From: Candidatus Hydrogenedentota bacterium
GTDB taxonomy: Bacteria > Hydrogenedentota > Hydrogenedentia > Hydrogenedentales > SLHB01
Direction of reading: 5' to 3'
Assembly (NCBI GenBank): GCA_963745075.1
Contig: CAVUWV010000009.1
Coordinates: forward strand, 32,001 to 96,000
Length of the DNA: 64,000 nucleotides
Numbering within the stretch: position 1 is the stretch's first letter; each line of letters starts with the position of its first letter. The notes under the pieces are model-generated. The model was not told where the DNA came from. It worked only from the letters and a program-made list of their open reading frames with translations, and ran no database searches. Below are positions 30,624 to 40,520 of the stretch, piece after piece. The position numbers and the translations under genes are program-made.

Positions 30624-31976
30624 CTACAGGCTCCAGCCTTTACGGTAGTTCCGACGGAGATACTGGTTCGCCTCAGGAAGGTTCGTCACCTTCATGTTCT
30701 CGCCGTCCCACTCGACCTTCTGACCGGTCTTAAGCGCCAGATTACCGAGAAGCACGGTCTCCGTGAACGGACCGGCGTAGTCGAAGTTCGAACAGGCCGG
30801 TTCGCCGCCCTTCGCAGCCTCGATCCAGTTGAGATAGGGATCCTCGTCCTTGATTCGGGGGATCGTCGGCGCCGGCAATTTATAGTCCGCCATCCGCGAG
30901 TTCGGCAGCAGGCGCGGATTGCCGCCGTACGTGCCGCAGGTCATAAAGCCCGAATCGCCGATGAGCAGCGTGCCGTTTTCTCCGCTGTCTCCGTCACCCA
31001 TAACATTGTCGGCGGGAACACCGTCCGGGCGCGGCGGCATGTTCCCACCGTCATGCCAGTACAGGGTAAGCGCCGGCATGTCTTCGCGCGGACCGAACTC
31101 GTACTTGAGAACCGATTTGGTCGGGAAGGTTTGATCGTTGTTGCCTTCCTGCGACACGACTTCCACGCTGAGCGGGGCATTCAGTTTAAGCGACCAATTC
31201 GCCGGGTCCATGATGTGGCACGCCATGTCGCCCAGGGCGCCGCAACCGAAATCCCACCAACCACGCCATTTGAAGGGACAGTAACCGCTGTTGTACGGAC
31301 GCTCGGGAGCGCCACCCAGCCAGAGATCCCAATCGAGCGTGGACGGCACCGGCTCCGCCGGCAACGGGCCCGGAATACCTTGCGGCCAGATCGGGCGGTT
31401 GGTCCAGCAGTGGGCCTCGCGAACCTTCCCGATGGCGCCCGACCACAGCATTTCACAGAAAATTCGGACGCCGTCGCCGCTGTGCCCCTGGTTACCCATC
31501 TGGGTCGCCACTTTGTGCTTGCGTGCCGTCTCCTTCATCATCCGCGCTTCGTAAATGTCCTTGGTCAAAGGCTTCTGAACGTAGACGCCTTTCCCCATCT
31601 GCATGCAGTGCATGGCGATGATCGCGTGCATGTTATCCGGCGTGGATACGGTGCACAGGTCGATATCTTTGCCCATCTTATCCAGCATGACACGGAAGTC
31701 CTGGAACCGGGGCACGTCCGGCATACGCTCGAAGGACTGGCGGCCATTCTGGAAGTCTACGTCGCACAGCGCGACGATATTGGCGTGGTGACTAGCGCCC
31801 TCCACGTCGCTGGCGCCTTTGCCGCCTACGCCGATTCCGGCTACGTTGAGCATTTCGTTCGGCGAGCGCGTGCTCATTTTGCCGGGGGCCTTGCCTGTCG
31901 ACGCACAGCCCGCGACCACCGCGGCCGTCGAACTCGCGAGGAACATTCGTCGGGAAATTCTGCTCTTCGTGCTCAT
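30624..31976 (-). CDS. Gfo/Idh/MocA oxidoreductase with Tat signal
   Basis: SRRMFL Tat motif and VAGC; GIGVGGKG, VYVQKPL, QMGNQ, WDLWLG and GALGDMACH. Confidence 0.93.
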   Translation of the reverse strand: MSTKSRISRRMFLASSTAAVVAGCASTGKAPGKMSTRSPNEMLNVAGIGVGGKGASDVEGASHHANIVALCDVDFQNGRQSFERMPDVPRFQDFRVMLDKMGKDIDLCTVSTPDNMHAIIAMHCMQMGKGVYVQKPLTKDIYEARMMKETARKHKVATQMGNQGHSGDGVRIFCEMLWSGAIGKVREAHCWTNRPIWPQGIPGPLPAEPVPSTLDWDLWLGGAPERPYNSGYCPFKWRGWWDFGCGALGDMACHIMDPANWSLKLNAPLSVEVVSQEGNNDQTFPTKSVLKYEFGPREDMPALTLYWHDGGNMPPRPDGVPADNVMGDGDSGENGTLLIGDSGFMTCGTYGGNPRLLPNSRMADYKLPAPTIPRIKDEDPYLNWIEAAKGGEPACSNFDYAGPFTETVLLGNLALKTGQKVEWDGENMKVTNLPEANQYLRRNYRKGWSL

Positions 31977-32177
31977 CCTAATCCCTTTCTATACTTGGGT
32001 ACGCAAAGGTTGGTTCGCCGCCCCGCCGGAGGCGCAAGTTGGTTACGCTGAGTTCCCGCGCTCCGGGCCGTGGAGGCGATTAGAAACGTTGCAGGGACCG
32101 CCGATATCACCCAGAAGGCAGTTCCTCTAAAGAGGATAGCGCAATTCGGGACTCGCGTCAATTCACCAACGGAATCC

Positions 32178-33395
32178 TCACTTCTGTGGCGTTCGCCGGG
32201 TTTCCGTAACGTCTTTTCGGATGACTTCGCCCGGATAAGAAAAGGTATCCGGCCAGAATTTCCGCCCCGGATAGATCGCCGTATTGATGCCCGTGTGGAC
32301 GTTGTCGCCGAAAATGGCGCCGAATTTGATCCGGCCGGAGTCCACGCGCTCGCCTTTAACAAGAGATGGGATCGTGCCGGCATCGTGCCGGAAATTCGCC
32401 GTAATCGTTCCGGCCCCAAGGTTGGTGTGCGCCCCGACGACGCTGTCGCCGACATAACTGAGATGGGGTACCGCCGCGCCGTCCATCAGAATCGAGTTCT
32501 TGATCTCGACCGCATGCCCAACTTTGCACTTGGTGCCGATGGTGGTACCGGGCCGGATCCAGGCGTTGGGGCCGACCGTCGCTCCGGGGCCGATATACGC
32601 CGGACCGTCGATGACCACGCCGGATCGAACGATCGCACCGGGCGCCACGTAGATCCGGCCGTTCAGGTGGGCTGCGGGGCTCACGTCGCCCTCGATCCCC
32701 GGTTCGAGGTGGTGTTCCAGCATGTACTCGTTGGCGTCGAGCAAATGCCAGGGATAGCCGATCGGCAACCAGTATCCTTCCATCTCGACCACGCGAAACG
32801 CGCCCCCTTCGGCAAGTGTCTGCACAGCGGACGTAATCTCGATCTCGCCCCGTTCCGATTTTGGCGTCGTCTTGAGGATGTCGAGAACGCCCGCGTCGAA
32901 CTTGTACGCGCCGACGTTCGCGAGGTCGGAAAAGATCTCCTTCGGCTTTTCCACGATGCGTTTGGCGGAACCGTCCGCATTGACTTCGTAGATGCCGTAG
33001 AGGCTGGGGTCGGCGACCCGTTTGGCCAGGGCGCCCTGCTCGCACTCCGCCAGACGGGCCAGATCGCGGGGATCGTAGAGATCGTCGCCGTTCATGGCGA
33101 TAAAGGGCCCCTGAATGCGGTCCGCGCATTGCAGCACGGCGTGCCCGGTGCCCAACGGTTCTTCCTGGTCTACGTAGCCGAGCGAAATGCCCTCGAAACG
33201 GTCGCCGAAGGCTTCCCGGATCATTTCATGCTTATAGTGCACAACAACAATCACCTCGTCGACGAAGCGCGCGAGCGCCCGGAGTTGGTGCTCAAGAATG
33301 GTTCGATTGGCGATTTTCAGCAGCGGCTTGGGGCGTGTCAGCGTGAGTGGATACGTGCGTGTCGATTTCCCCGCCGCCATGATGACTGCTTGCAT
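32178..33395 (-). CDS. Bifunctional sugar-1-phosphate nucleotidylyltransferase/acetyltransferase (archaeal-type GlmU-like)
   Basis: AVIMAAGKSTR.YPLT..RPKPLL, LGTGHA, SERGEIEIT, left-handed beta-helix, HLSYVGDS and NLGAGTITAN. Confidence 0.88.
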   Translation of the reverse strand: MQAVIMAAGKSTRTYPLTLTRPKPLLKIANRTILEHQLRALARFVDEVIVVVHYKHEMIREAFGDRFEGISLGYVDQEEPLGTGHAVLQCADRIQGPFIAMNGDDLYDPRDLARLAECEQGALAKRVADPSLYGIYEVNADGSAKRIVEKPKEIFSDLANVGAYKFDAGVLDILKTTPKSERGEIEITSAVQTLAEGGAFRVVEMEGYWLPIGYPWHLLDANEYMLEHHLEPGIEGDVSPAAHLNGRIYVAPGAIVRSGVVIDGPAYIGPGATVGPNAWIRPGTTIGTKCKVGHAVEIKNSILMDGAAVPHLSYVGDSVVGAHTNLGAGTITANFRHDAGTIPSLVKGERVDSGRIKFGAIFGDNVHTGINTAIYPGRKFWPDTFSYPGEVIRKDVTETRRTPQK

Positions 33396-33455
33396 GGCCG
33401 GTCTCTCCTTGTTGCGGCGGATGGTACCCCAACATGCGGTGCAGCGGCAAACCGG

Positions 33456-34217
33456 TTAGGTTGCGAAAAGGGATGTGGCGTTTCGAAACGCGATGGCTTC
33501 GCGCTGCGTTACATTCAAATCGGCGCACTGCAGCTTATCCACATTCGCCCGCGGGTGCAGCAAGGGTGCGTTCGTGCCGAAAAGGACGCGGTCCTCGCCA
33601 AACGTGTTTACGGCATGCTCCAGTTCCCCCAATCGCTCGTAGCTGGAGGTGTCGAACCGGAGATTCTTCGGCCAAGGCGCGTGGATCTGTTCCGCTTGGT
33701 CGTATTTCAGCCCCAGTGCGACCACCGGCAAGTCCGGATGCCGCCCCGCAAATACGCCCACGGCCTCCACAGGCGTGTCTTCGACGATCAGACGCCGGAA
33801 TTGCCGTCGGGGATCTTCGAGACCGATCTGCACGAACACGACCGCATTCTGGGCCAGACAGAAGTCGACCATCGTCAGCACTTCCGGGTTCTCCGCGTCG
33901 TCCAGGCTGAAGCGATGGTAGTTCGGATAAAGCACCGCACCGCGCATGCCGTACGCGTCGAGACAGTGCCTCAGATCGTCGTCCCAACCCGCCAGATTGG
34001 GGCGAACGACGGCCAGGGGAATCAGTCGATCGCGGTGTTTGTCGACGGCGCGATGCAATTCCTCGTTGCCGTCGTTCGGATTGAAGTAATGCACCGCGTT
34101 CAAGGAGGACACCGCGGCGCGTTCGATGCCGTACGCATCCATGTTTCGCAAGATGTCCTCGAGCGTCGCTACCGGCCGGTAGGGCCACTGCCCAATCTTT
34201 ACATTGATGTCAAACAC
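33456..34217 (-). CDS. Amidohydrolase-2 family protein (degenerate metal ligands)
   Basis: FDINVKIG, LYPNYH, FDTS and DRVLFGTNAP...NATSLF. Confidence 0.75.
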   Translation of the reverse strand: MFDINVKIGQWPYRPVATLEDILRNMDAYGIERAAVSSLNAVHYFNPNDGNEELHRAVDKHRDRLIPLAVVRPNLAGWDDDLRHCLDAYGMRGAVLYPNYHRFSLDDAENPEVLTMVDFCLAQNAVVFVQIGLEDPRRQFRRLIVEDTPVEAVGVFAGRHPDLPVVALGLKYDQAEQIHAPWPKNLRFDTSSYERLGELEHAVNTFGEDRVLFGTNAPLLHPRANVDKLQCADLNVTQREAIAFRNATSLFAT

Positions 34218-34956
34218 GAAGCCACCGTCGAACGTTTTCGCCCAGAATCATGCGTTGTACTTCTTCAGAGAGTCCGGCGCACAACACTTTGCTCATCTGC
34301 ACCGAAAAGCTTCGTCCCGGAACATCCGAGCCAAAGAAGATGCGCTCCGGCCCGATATGCTTTAGCAGGCACGGCACGATGCCGTCTTCCGGTTCCCCGC
34401 CGGACAGGTCCATGCAAAGGTTCGGCACCTTCGCAGCGGCCCGGGCTGCATCTTCCCACCGCCCGCTGTAGTGGGCCATCCAAACCTTGAGATCGGGATA
34501 CCGTGCCGCGAGGTTGGCGACATGGCGATGCGTCGATTCCTTGGTCATGTTACCGGTCGCTTTGACCCACGTATGGGCCATCACCGGCACGTCCAGTTCG
34601 ATCGCCCGTTCGATGATGCGATTCAGTCGCGTGTCATCGGCAAACTGCGAGATCCAGAGTTTGACGATTTGGCTGGGGCCGTTGGCGATCTCCTGATCCA
34701 TCAGTTTCAACGACGTTTCTACGTGGTCGGCGCTGACATACGTAAACCCGATGAAACGGTTGGGGTGTTTTTCGCACGCCGCGCGCACGTCCGCCGCGGC
34801 CTCCTGTAACTCGAGCGTGGTCGGAAACTCGACCCACTTGCGCGACAGCGAACAAATGCACAGTTTTTCGATCCCGCTGCGGTCGGCGGCGTTGAGTATC
34901 GCGGCAAGGTGATCGTCTTCCGCGTTCAGAATATGCACGTGGCAATCGATGATCAT
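34210..34956 (-). CDS. Amidohydrolase-2 family protein
   Basis: IIDCHVH, VMAHT, MAHYSG, RIFFGSDVP and ILGEN. Confidence 0.88.
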   Translation of the reverse strand: MIIDCHVHILNAEDDHLAAILNAADRSGIEKLCICSLSRKWVEFPTTLELQEAAADVRAACEKHPNRFIGFTYVSADHVETSLKLMDQEIANGPSQIVKLWISQFADDTRLNRIIERAIELDVPVMAHTWVKATGNMTKESTHRHVANLAARYPDLKVWMAHYSGRWEDAARAAAKVPNLCMDLSGGEPEDGIVPCLLKHIGPERIFFGSDVPGRSFSVQMSKVLCAGLSEEVQRMILGENVRRWLRV

Positions 34957-36647
34957 GTCTGCGCGATGTCCTCCTCCACATCTTCCAGGAAGTAATTGTA
35001 CGTACGCGCGCCCATATCCTCAATGATCTCCCACGCGTCATTGGGATCCACCGCGGCGATAAGCCGCTCGCGGACGATGGGCTCCGACACCATGCCCGCG
35101 AGACCCGCCATAACTTCGAGGTGGTGTTTCTCGTGCTCCGTGGGGGTGGCGATCATCATAATCAGCTTGGCCGGCTCTCCGTCCGGCGCGTCAAAGGGGA
35201 TTCCCGTCCGGGAGATCCCCAGGACGCCCTGGACCTGATCCGTGATGTCGAGTCGGCCGTGCGGGATGGCGGCCCCGTGGCCGATGGCGGTCGTGTTCTG
35301 CTTCTCGCGTTCCACGATGGTGTCGTAGAGTGCCTTGGCTTGCCCCCTATTCAGCCGGTGCGCCTTCACAAAGAAGTCAGTAAGCTTTTGAATTGCCTCC
35401 CATTTGTCGTCGGCCTCCAGGTTCGTGAGGATGAACTCTTCCTGAAGGAATTCCATGAGGCGCGGCCGGTCCAGTCCGGCTTCCTTCGAGCGGGTCACCG
35501 CAAATCGAGTGAACAGGGGACCCAGGATTTCGTTGATGGTCACCGCCGCGACGAGCAGCGTGCCCACCCGCGCGGAAATCTCGGTCGGGATGCGCGGATC
35601 GCCTTCGAGGAGGACCAGCAGCCCGATCACCACGCCGGCCTGCGGCACGAGGGCAAAGGGAACGCTGCTGGCGATACGCGGCGAACACCGGGTGGTCCGC
35701 GCGCCCAGGTAGGCCCCCCCCATCTTACCCACGCCGCGCGCGATGACGTACACGATGCAGAAGACTCCGGCGGTCGCGAGCGCGTCCAGGTGAACCGACA
35801 TCCCGGCCAGCGTAAAGAAACACGTGTACAACACGGGCTCGATGGGTTCGAATTCGCTTACCAACCGGTCGGATTCATGCGACATGTTCCCCAGGCATAT
35901 GCCGAACACGAGGCAGGCGATGAGCGGACTGAGATTCAGCGCCGCCGCCAGCTCCGTGCACACCATGACCGCGATCAGCAGCGTGGTGAACTTGTGCATG
36001 TTCGGAATGTGAATCAAACGGTCCACGATGAGTCCGACAACGAGCCCCACGCCGAGGGAGCCGAGGAGTTGAAACCCCGTTGTCGCTATCGCTTCTTCAA
36101 TTCCCGCGGTGGTGCCCGCGCCCGTGTGGATGTTGGCGACCAGTGTCTGTACGAAAGCAAATACGGTGATGCAGAGTCCTGCGTCGATGGCGACCACGCC
36201 CAGCAAGGTCTTTACAAAAGGACCTTTCGCGCGCATTTCCCGAATGACGGCCAGGGAGGTCGCCGGCGCCGTGGAGATCGCCAGACTGGCCAGGAGCAGC
36301 GCCGACACCCAGTCGGCTCCGAATCCCAGTGTCAACGCCGCGACGCAGACAAAGGCGACGAACGACTCGAACAATGCAATAGCGAGAATGCGCCGGAGGG
36401 CCGAGCGAATGCGCCGGTACGCGAATTGGTGACCCACGGCCACGGCGATGAGGGAGGTGGCAAACGTCGAGAGTGTCTGGAGTTGCCGGGGGACGTCCAA
36501 CTCGTTGAACACGGTCAGCCCGATTACCGCGCCGATGACGATGTTTCCCGTGATGCCGGGAACGTGGAGTTTGCGGGCCAGCCAACCTCCGAACAACCCC
36601 GCCAAAACGACGGAACTCAGAAGAAACAGGGGGCTCGCATCCTGCAT
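34953..36647 (-). CDS. Cation:proton antiporter fused to a PTS EIIA domain
   Basis: Many TM helices with STAPA, IDAG, FFTLAG and PQAGVVIG; C-terminal EREKQNTTAIGHGAAIPHGR (PTS_EIIA_2). Start estimated. Confidence 0.88.
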   Translation of the reverse strand: MQDASPLFLLSSVVLAGLFGGWLARKLHVPGITGNIVIGAVIGLTVFNELDVPRQLQTLSTFATSLIAVAVGHQFAYRRIRSALRRILAIALFESFVAFVCVAALTLGFGADWVSALLLASLAISTAPATSLAVIREMRAKGPFVKTLLGVVAIDAGLCITVFAFVQTLVANIHTGAGTTAGIEEAIATTGFQLLGSLGVGLVVGLIVDRLIHIPNMHKFTTLLIAVMVCTELAAALNLSPLIACLVFGICLGNMSHESDRLVSEFEPIEPVLYTCFFTLAGMSVHLDALATAGVFCIVYVIARGVGKMGGAYLGARTTRCSPRIASSVPFALVPQAGVVIGLLVLLEGDPRIPTEISARVGTLLVAAVTINEILGPLFTRFAVTRSKEAGLDRPRLMEFLQEEFILTNLEADDKWEAIQKLTDFFVKAHRLNRGQAKALYDTIVEREKQNTTAIGHGAAIPHGRLDITDQVQGVLGISRTGIPFDAPDGEPAKLIMMIATPTEHEKHHLEVMAGLAGMVSEPIVRERLIAAVDPNDAWEIIEDMGARTYNYFLEDVEEDIAQT

Positions 36648-36855
36648 ATTTGAAAACAGTGAGGCTTCCAGTGTGGTTCCATCCCAGGGGCGATGCCACC
36701 CCGATCCGTCTTCCGCTGCCATCTCTCGGGATTGGTCATTCGTGGCCCATCGCATTCTAGATTCGCGATCCGGAACTTGCAAGCGTCGAATTACGGATGA
36801 TTGGCTCGCGGAGGGTTCGCATGGTAGAATCTTCACGAAGGGGTGGCAGGATTCC

Positions 36856-37326
36856 ATGCGAGAACATCTGGCCAAAACGACCAAAACCTACGCAAAGAAC
36901 CTGGGGAAGCACTTCAAACGGGTCGTGCTCCGTCAGGAATCGGTCCGGGACGCCGCGGCGGATATCGCAAACGATTCCGACCGGCTCGTGCGTACGGTCA
37001 AGGGGTCGCGCAAGCCCGGCGATCACCACCGCGCGGCTCGCTACGTCGAAAAGGGCCGCAAGGCGTACAACCAGAAACGCTACGCAGCGGCGGAAGATCT
37101 TTTCCGCAAAGCGCTCCTGGAAGATCCCAAGTATGCCCTTGCTCTCTGTCATATGGGCTCGGCGATGTATAAACAAGAAAAGCTTCGCGAAGCGATCCAG
37201 TATTGGTCGAAGGCCGCCGAACTGGAACCCGGCTCGGAAGCGGCCAAACGCGCGGAAAAAAGTTTGAGCCGGGTCCGAATGCAGCGCAAGCAAGTCATTT
37301 CCGCCCTCGAGGAACGTCTTGACTAG
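36856..37326 (+). CDS. TPR-repeat protein
   Basis: GRKAYNQKRYAAAEDLFRKALLEDP and MGSAMYKQEKLREAIQYWSKAAELEP. Confidence 0.8.
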   Translation: MREHLAKTTKTYAKNLGKHFKRVVLRQESVRDAAADIANDSDRLVRTVKGSRKPGDHHRAARYVEKGRKAYNQKRYAAAEDLFRKALLEDPKYALALCHMGSAMYKQEKLREAIQYWSKAAELEPGSEAAKRAEKSLSRVRMQRKQVISALEERLD

Positions 37327-38473
37327 TCCGCCCCTCACGCCGTTCCAGTATCATGTGCCGACCCAACTCGTTTTCGGGTCCGGATGTTTTGACTCGCTCG
37401 CCGAACACTCCCACAAACTGGGCCGCCGGCCTCTTCTCGTGACGGGGATGAATTCCGCCCGCAAAATCGGCGCCCTCGACCGTGCCATGGCGCAATTGGA
37501 GCATGCCGCCGTATTCGACGCGGTCGAAGAGAATCCCGGCACGGCGACCTGCGAACGCGGCGCCGATCTGTGCCGGCAGTTGGGCTGCGACCACGTGATC
37601 GCCATCGGTGGCGGCAGCCCCATGGACGTGGCGAAGGCCGTTGCCGGGTTGGCCGTTAATCGCGGGACCTGCGCCGACCACTTCGGATCGGGCGGATTGC
37701 AGGAAGGGGCGCTGCCGATCGTCGCCGTCCCGACCACGGCCGGCACCGGCAGCGAGGTCACGCCCTATGCCGTTATTGTCGATGAGGCAAACAAGACGAA
37801 GAAGACCATTTCGGCCACGGTCTTGTTTCCCCGCGTCGCCCTGCTGGATCCGGACCTAACGACAGCGTTGCCGCGATCCGTGACGATCCACACCGGACTC
37901 GACGTGCTCAGCCAGGCCATGGAAGGCATGGTCTCCAAGAAGGCCACCCCGTTGGGCGATGTCCTCGCGTTGGATGCGTGCCATCGCGTGCGCGAATTCC
38001 TGCCTCGCGCCGCGAAGGACGGCCGGGACGCCGAAGCCCGTGCCCAGATGCTGTACGCATCCATGCTTTCGGGCTGCATCATCGCCCAAAGCGGGACCAC
38101 GCTTGTCCATGGCATGGGGTATTACTACACCCTCGAGTGCGGTATCTCCCACGGTCTGGCGAATGGGTTGCTTCTGGCGCCCCTCTTTCGCCATAACGCA
38201 CGCCACGCCCCGGACCGCGTCACGGCGCTTGTCGATGCCCTGGGAACCCCCGTTGGCGCCCCGTTGGAAGACCGGGTTACGCGGGCCATCCACGACCTTT
38301 TCGAGGAACTGGAGGTGTCGCCAGCCGCGAGGGACCAAGGGGCTAAAGCGGACCAATTGAACGCCTTTGCGGCCGCCGTGGCCAGCGATCCATACCGTTT
38401 TCGGAACCAAATCGGCGAGATCACGGAGCCGCTAATCTGCGAATTCTACGAGCAATCCTGCCAAGGACGGTGA
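37319..38473 (+). CDS. Iron-containing alcohol dehydrogenase
   Basis: GGGSPMDVAK, PTTAGTGSEVT, LDPDLT, GLDVLSQAME, HGMG and HGLAN. Confidence 0.93.
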   Translation: MTSPPLTPFQYHVPTQLVFGSGCFDSLAEHSHKLGRRPLLVTGMNSARKIGALDRAMAQLEHAAVFDAVEENPGTATCERGADLCRQLGCDHVIAIGGGSPMDVAKAVAGLAVNRGTCADHFGSGGLQEGALPIVAVPTTAGTGSEVTPYAVIVDEANKTKKTISATVLFPRVALLDPDLTTALPRSVTIHTGLDVLSQAMEGMVSKKATPLGDVLALDACHRVREFLPRAAKDGRDAEARAQMLYASMLSGCIIAQSGTTLVHGMGYYYTLECGISHGLANGLLLAPLFRHNARHAPDRVTALVDALGTPVGAPLEDRVTRAIHDLFEELEVSPAARDQGAKADQLNAFAAAVASDPYRFRNQIGEITEPLICEFYEQSCQGR

Positions 38474-38590
38474 AATCCGCGTTCTCGCGTAAGTGTATTT
38501 AGGTGAATAGGTTAGATGCAGGATAGCCCATCGACGTGCCCTCTCCCGCGTCCGGTTTTCGAATTATTTGAGAAAGTTCAGCGATCCGGC

Positions 38591-38618
38591 TAAAGTAATG
38601 ACCCGTAGCTGCCGATAA
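38591..38618 (+). promoter_or_regulatory. Sigma28 (FliA) promoter
   Basis: TAAAG...GCCGATAA (TAAA-N16-GCCGATAA) upstream of the flgM-like gene. Confidence 0.75.
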
Positions 38619-38679
38619 ACAGAACGGAGAAATCGCCTCCGGTGAGGCGAGATAGCGTAAGAGTTAGGGAGATGGACAT

Positions 38680-38979
38680 ATGGTTGGCATACAGGGCATA
38701 GGCGGGGTTCCCGAACCTGCACCCGATCGGTCGGCCGGCGTCCGGGACAAGAAGCGCGACGACGGCGTCAAGGGACAGCAGTCTCACGATGACCTCCTGA
38801 TCAGTTCAGAAGCGCAAGCGGCGGCAAAGATCGCCCAGTTGGTGCAGGTTGCCCGGGAACAGGGCGATGTTCGCGCCGAGCGGGTTGCCGCGGCCAAACA
38901 AGCCATCGATCGGGGCGACTACAAGAAACCCGAAGTCGTCCAGGAAGTGGCCCGCCGGATCCAGAATTTCCTCGGATAA
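38680..38979 (+). CDS. flgM: Anti-sigma28 factor FlgM
   Basis: DDLLISSEAQ and DVRAERVAAAKQAIDRGDY..VARRI; sigma28 promoter upstream. Confidence 0.85.
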   Translation: MVGIQGIGGVPEPAPDRSAGVRDKKRDDGVKGQQSHDDLLISSEAQAAAKIAQLVQVAREQGDVRAERVAAAKQAIDRGDYKKPEVVQEVARRIQNFLG

Positions 38980-39104
38980 TCGCCGCGATTGCACTCATGG
39001 TTCGAGCGTAGTCGCGGTTTTTCTGTGCCCGGCCACCAATTCTGTCCAAACCAACGTCATTAGACAAGACTGCGGTGTGGGCGACCCGCCCGCTCAAATT
39101 GCAA

Positions 39105-40520
39105 TCACCGCGCCTGAAGCAGGTACAAATTCTTCTCCCCGCGCAGCAGGATGCTCGTCCGGCCCTTGCCGCTGAGGTCGACGGTTTGTAAAGTCTCTTC
39201 GATTGGCTCCGGGAAGGTATGGGACCAATCTGGGTCGCGTGAGAAGCCGTCTGCGGCCAGCCAGACCTGGATCTCGTTCTCATCCGTTCCCAGCGCGATA
39301 TCCGTCTTTTGATCCCCGTCGAAGTCGGCGAGGATTAGATTCTCGAAGGGCCCGTGCGCGAGAAACCACGTCACGGGTACTTTGCAGTTAATTGCGTAAG
39401 CGGGTTTGGGTTCAAAGCGTTGCTTATCCGGCGAATACAGATGCACGGTCATTCGAATCGGCCACGATCTGCTGACGACCGTGCGCATGATCGACTCCAC
39501 GGACATCCCGGGTTTCGGGGCGTCCCACAGGATGAGGTCCATGAATCCGTCGCCATTGAAATCGGACCGTTCGCTTAGCGTGTCGTTTGCCGACCACCGG
39601 TACCGGGAAAGGATCCGCCCCGGATACCGGCGAACGGGACCATTGGTGGCGTTGGTCCAATCTTCCCCTTCGGACGTCAGCGGCACCTCTCGCATGAACG
39701 CGAGCGTGTTTCCGTTTTCATCACTCCGGAGCATGGCATACCGAACGCTGTTCGTATCCCTCGACACGATTACACCATCCCAGGAACCCTTGTATTCTCC
39801 GTTGTCGAAGGAGAACCGTGCCGACAAGGGAGGCTCGATGTTGGAGTCGGCGGGCTTGTTGTGTGTGATGGCGAGTGGTAGTTGTGGTGGCTGTAATTCC
39901 GGAGGCAGGTCTGGAATCAACTCCTTCGCCTGCCATACTACGGTCGAGTTTGTGCCCGGAGCTAAGCCGCCAAAATCATACCACGCGCTGCTGTGGAACT
40001 CGGGCGCGTACCGCGGCGCATCCGGCAAATTGGGGAACTCCGCCACGATCGATCCATCCAGGGCGAATGCGGTCAGGCTTTCGGATTTCGGTAAGAGAAC
40101 CACCAACTTCTGCTGAAACGTCTTAACGAGCACTTGTCGGCACGGCGCATCGGTTCCCATGGCATACAGGGAGTCCGCTTGGAAGAGAAGCTGTGCAGGG
40201 GATTGCTTGTCTGTACTGGTCGCAAGTTCCAGGGCCAAGACTTCCCGACCACGAACGGCGACAATTTCGCTGGCAGCATCGTCGTCAATGTTGACGATGT
40301 CGTATGCAGCAACGCTTTCGGGAATGGCGATATGACGTTCAGTGCCGCCGTCCAGTCTTATGTGCAGATCATAGCCGTCTTGTACGACCAGGTCCGCAAT
40401 ACCGGCCCCGTCCACATCTGCAAAGAACACGGGGTCGTTCTTGTGCTCGACCGCAACGGACGCAACCACGTATACGTGGGAGGCGCCGAACAGCTGAAGT
40501 AATACGATGGCATGTATCAT
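39105..40520 (-). CDS. Secreted FG-GAP/VCBS-repeat protein
   Basis: N-terminal hydrophobic leader; DVDGAGIADL, DFNGDGFMDL, DFDGDQKTDI and DLSGKGRTSI. Confidence 0.8.
   Translation of the reverse strand: MIHAIVLLQLFGASHVYVVASVAVEHKNDPVFFADVDGAGIADLVVQDGYDLHIRLDGGTERHIAIPESVAAYDIVNIDDDAASEIVAVRGREVLALELATSTDKQSPAQLLFQADSLYAMGTDAPCRQVLVKTFQQKLVVLLPKSESLTAFALDGSIVAEFPNLPDAPRYAPEFHSSAWYDFGGLAPGTNSTVVWQAKELIPDLPPELQPPQLPLAITHNKPADSNIEPPLSARFSFDNGEYKGSWDGVIVSRDTNSVRYAMLRSDENGNTLAFMREVPLTSEGEDWTNATNGPVRRYPGRILSRYRWSANDTLSERSDFNGDGFMDLILWDAPKPGMSVESIMRTVVSRSWPIRMTVHLYSPDKQRFEPKPAYAINCKVPVTWFLAHGPFENLILADFDGDQKTDIALGTDENEIQVWLAADGFSRDPDWSHTFPEPIEETLQTVDLSGKGRTSILLRGEKNLYLLQAR

Noticed and set aside
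32070..34490. 806-aa plus-strand ORF
   Set aside because: Antisense shadow of the GlmU-like and amidohydrolase genes; no motifs; such ORFs are expected in GC-rich DNA.
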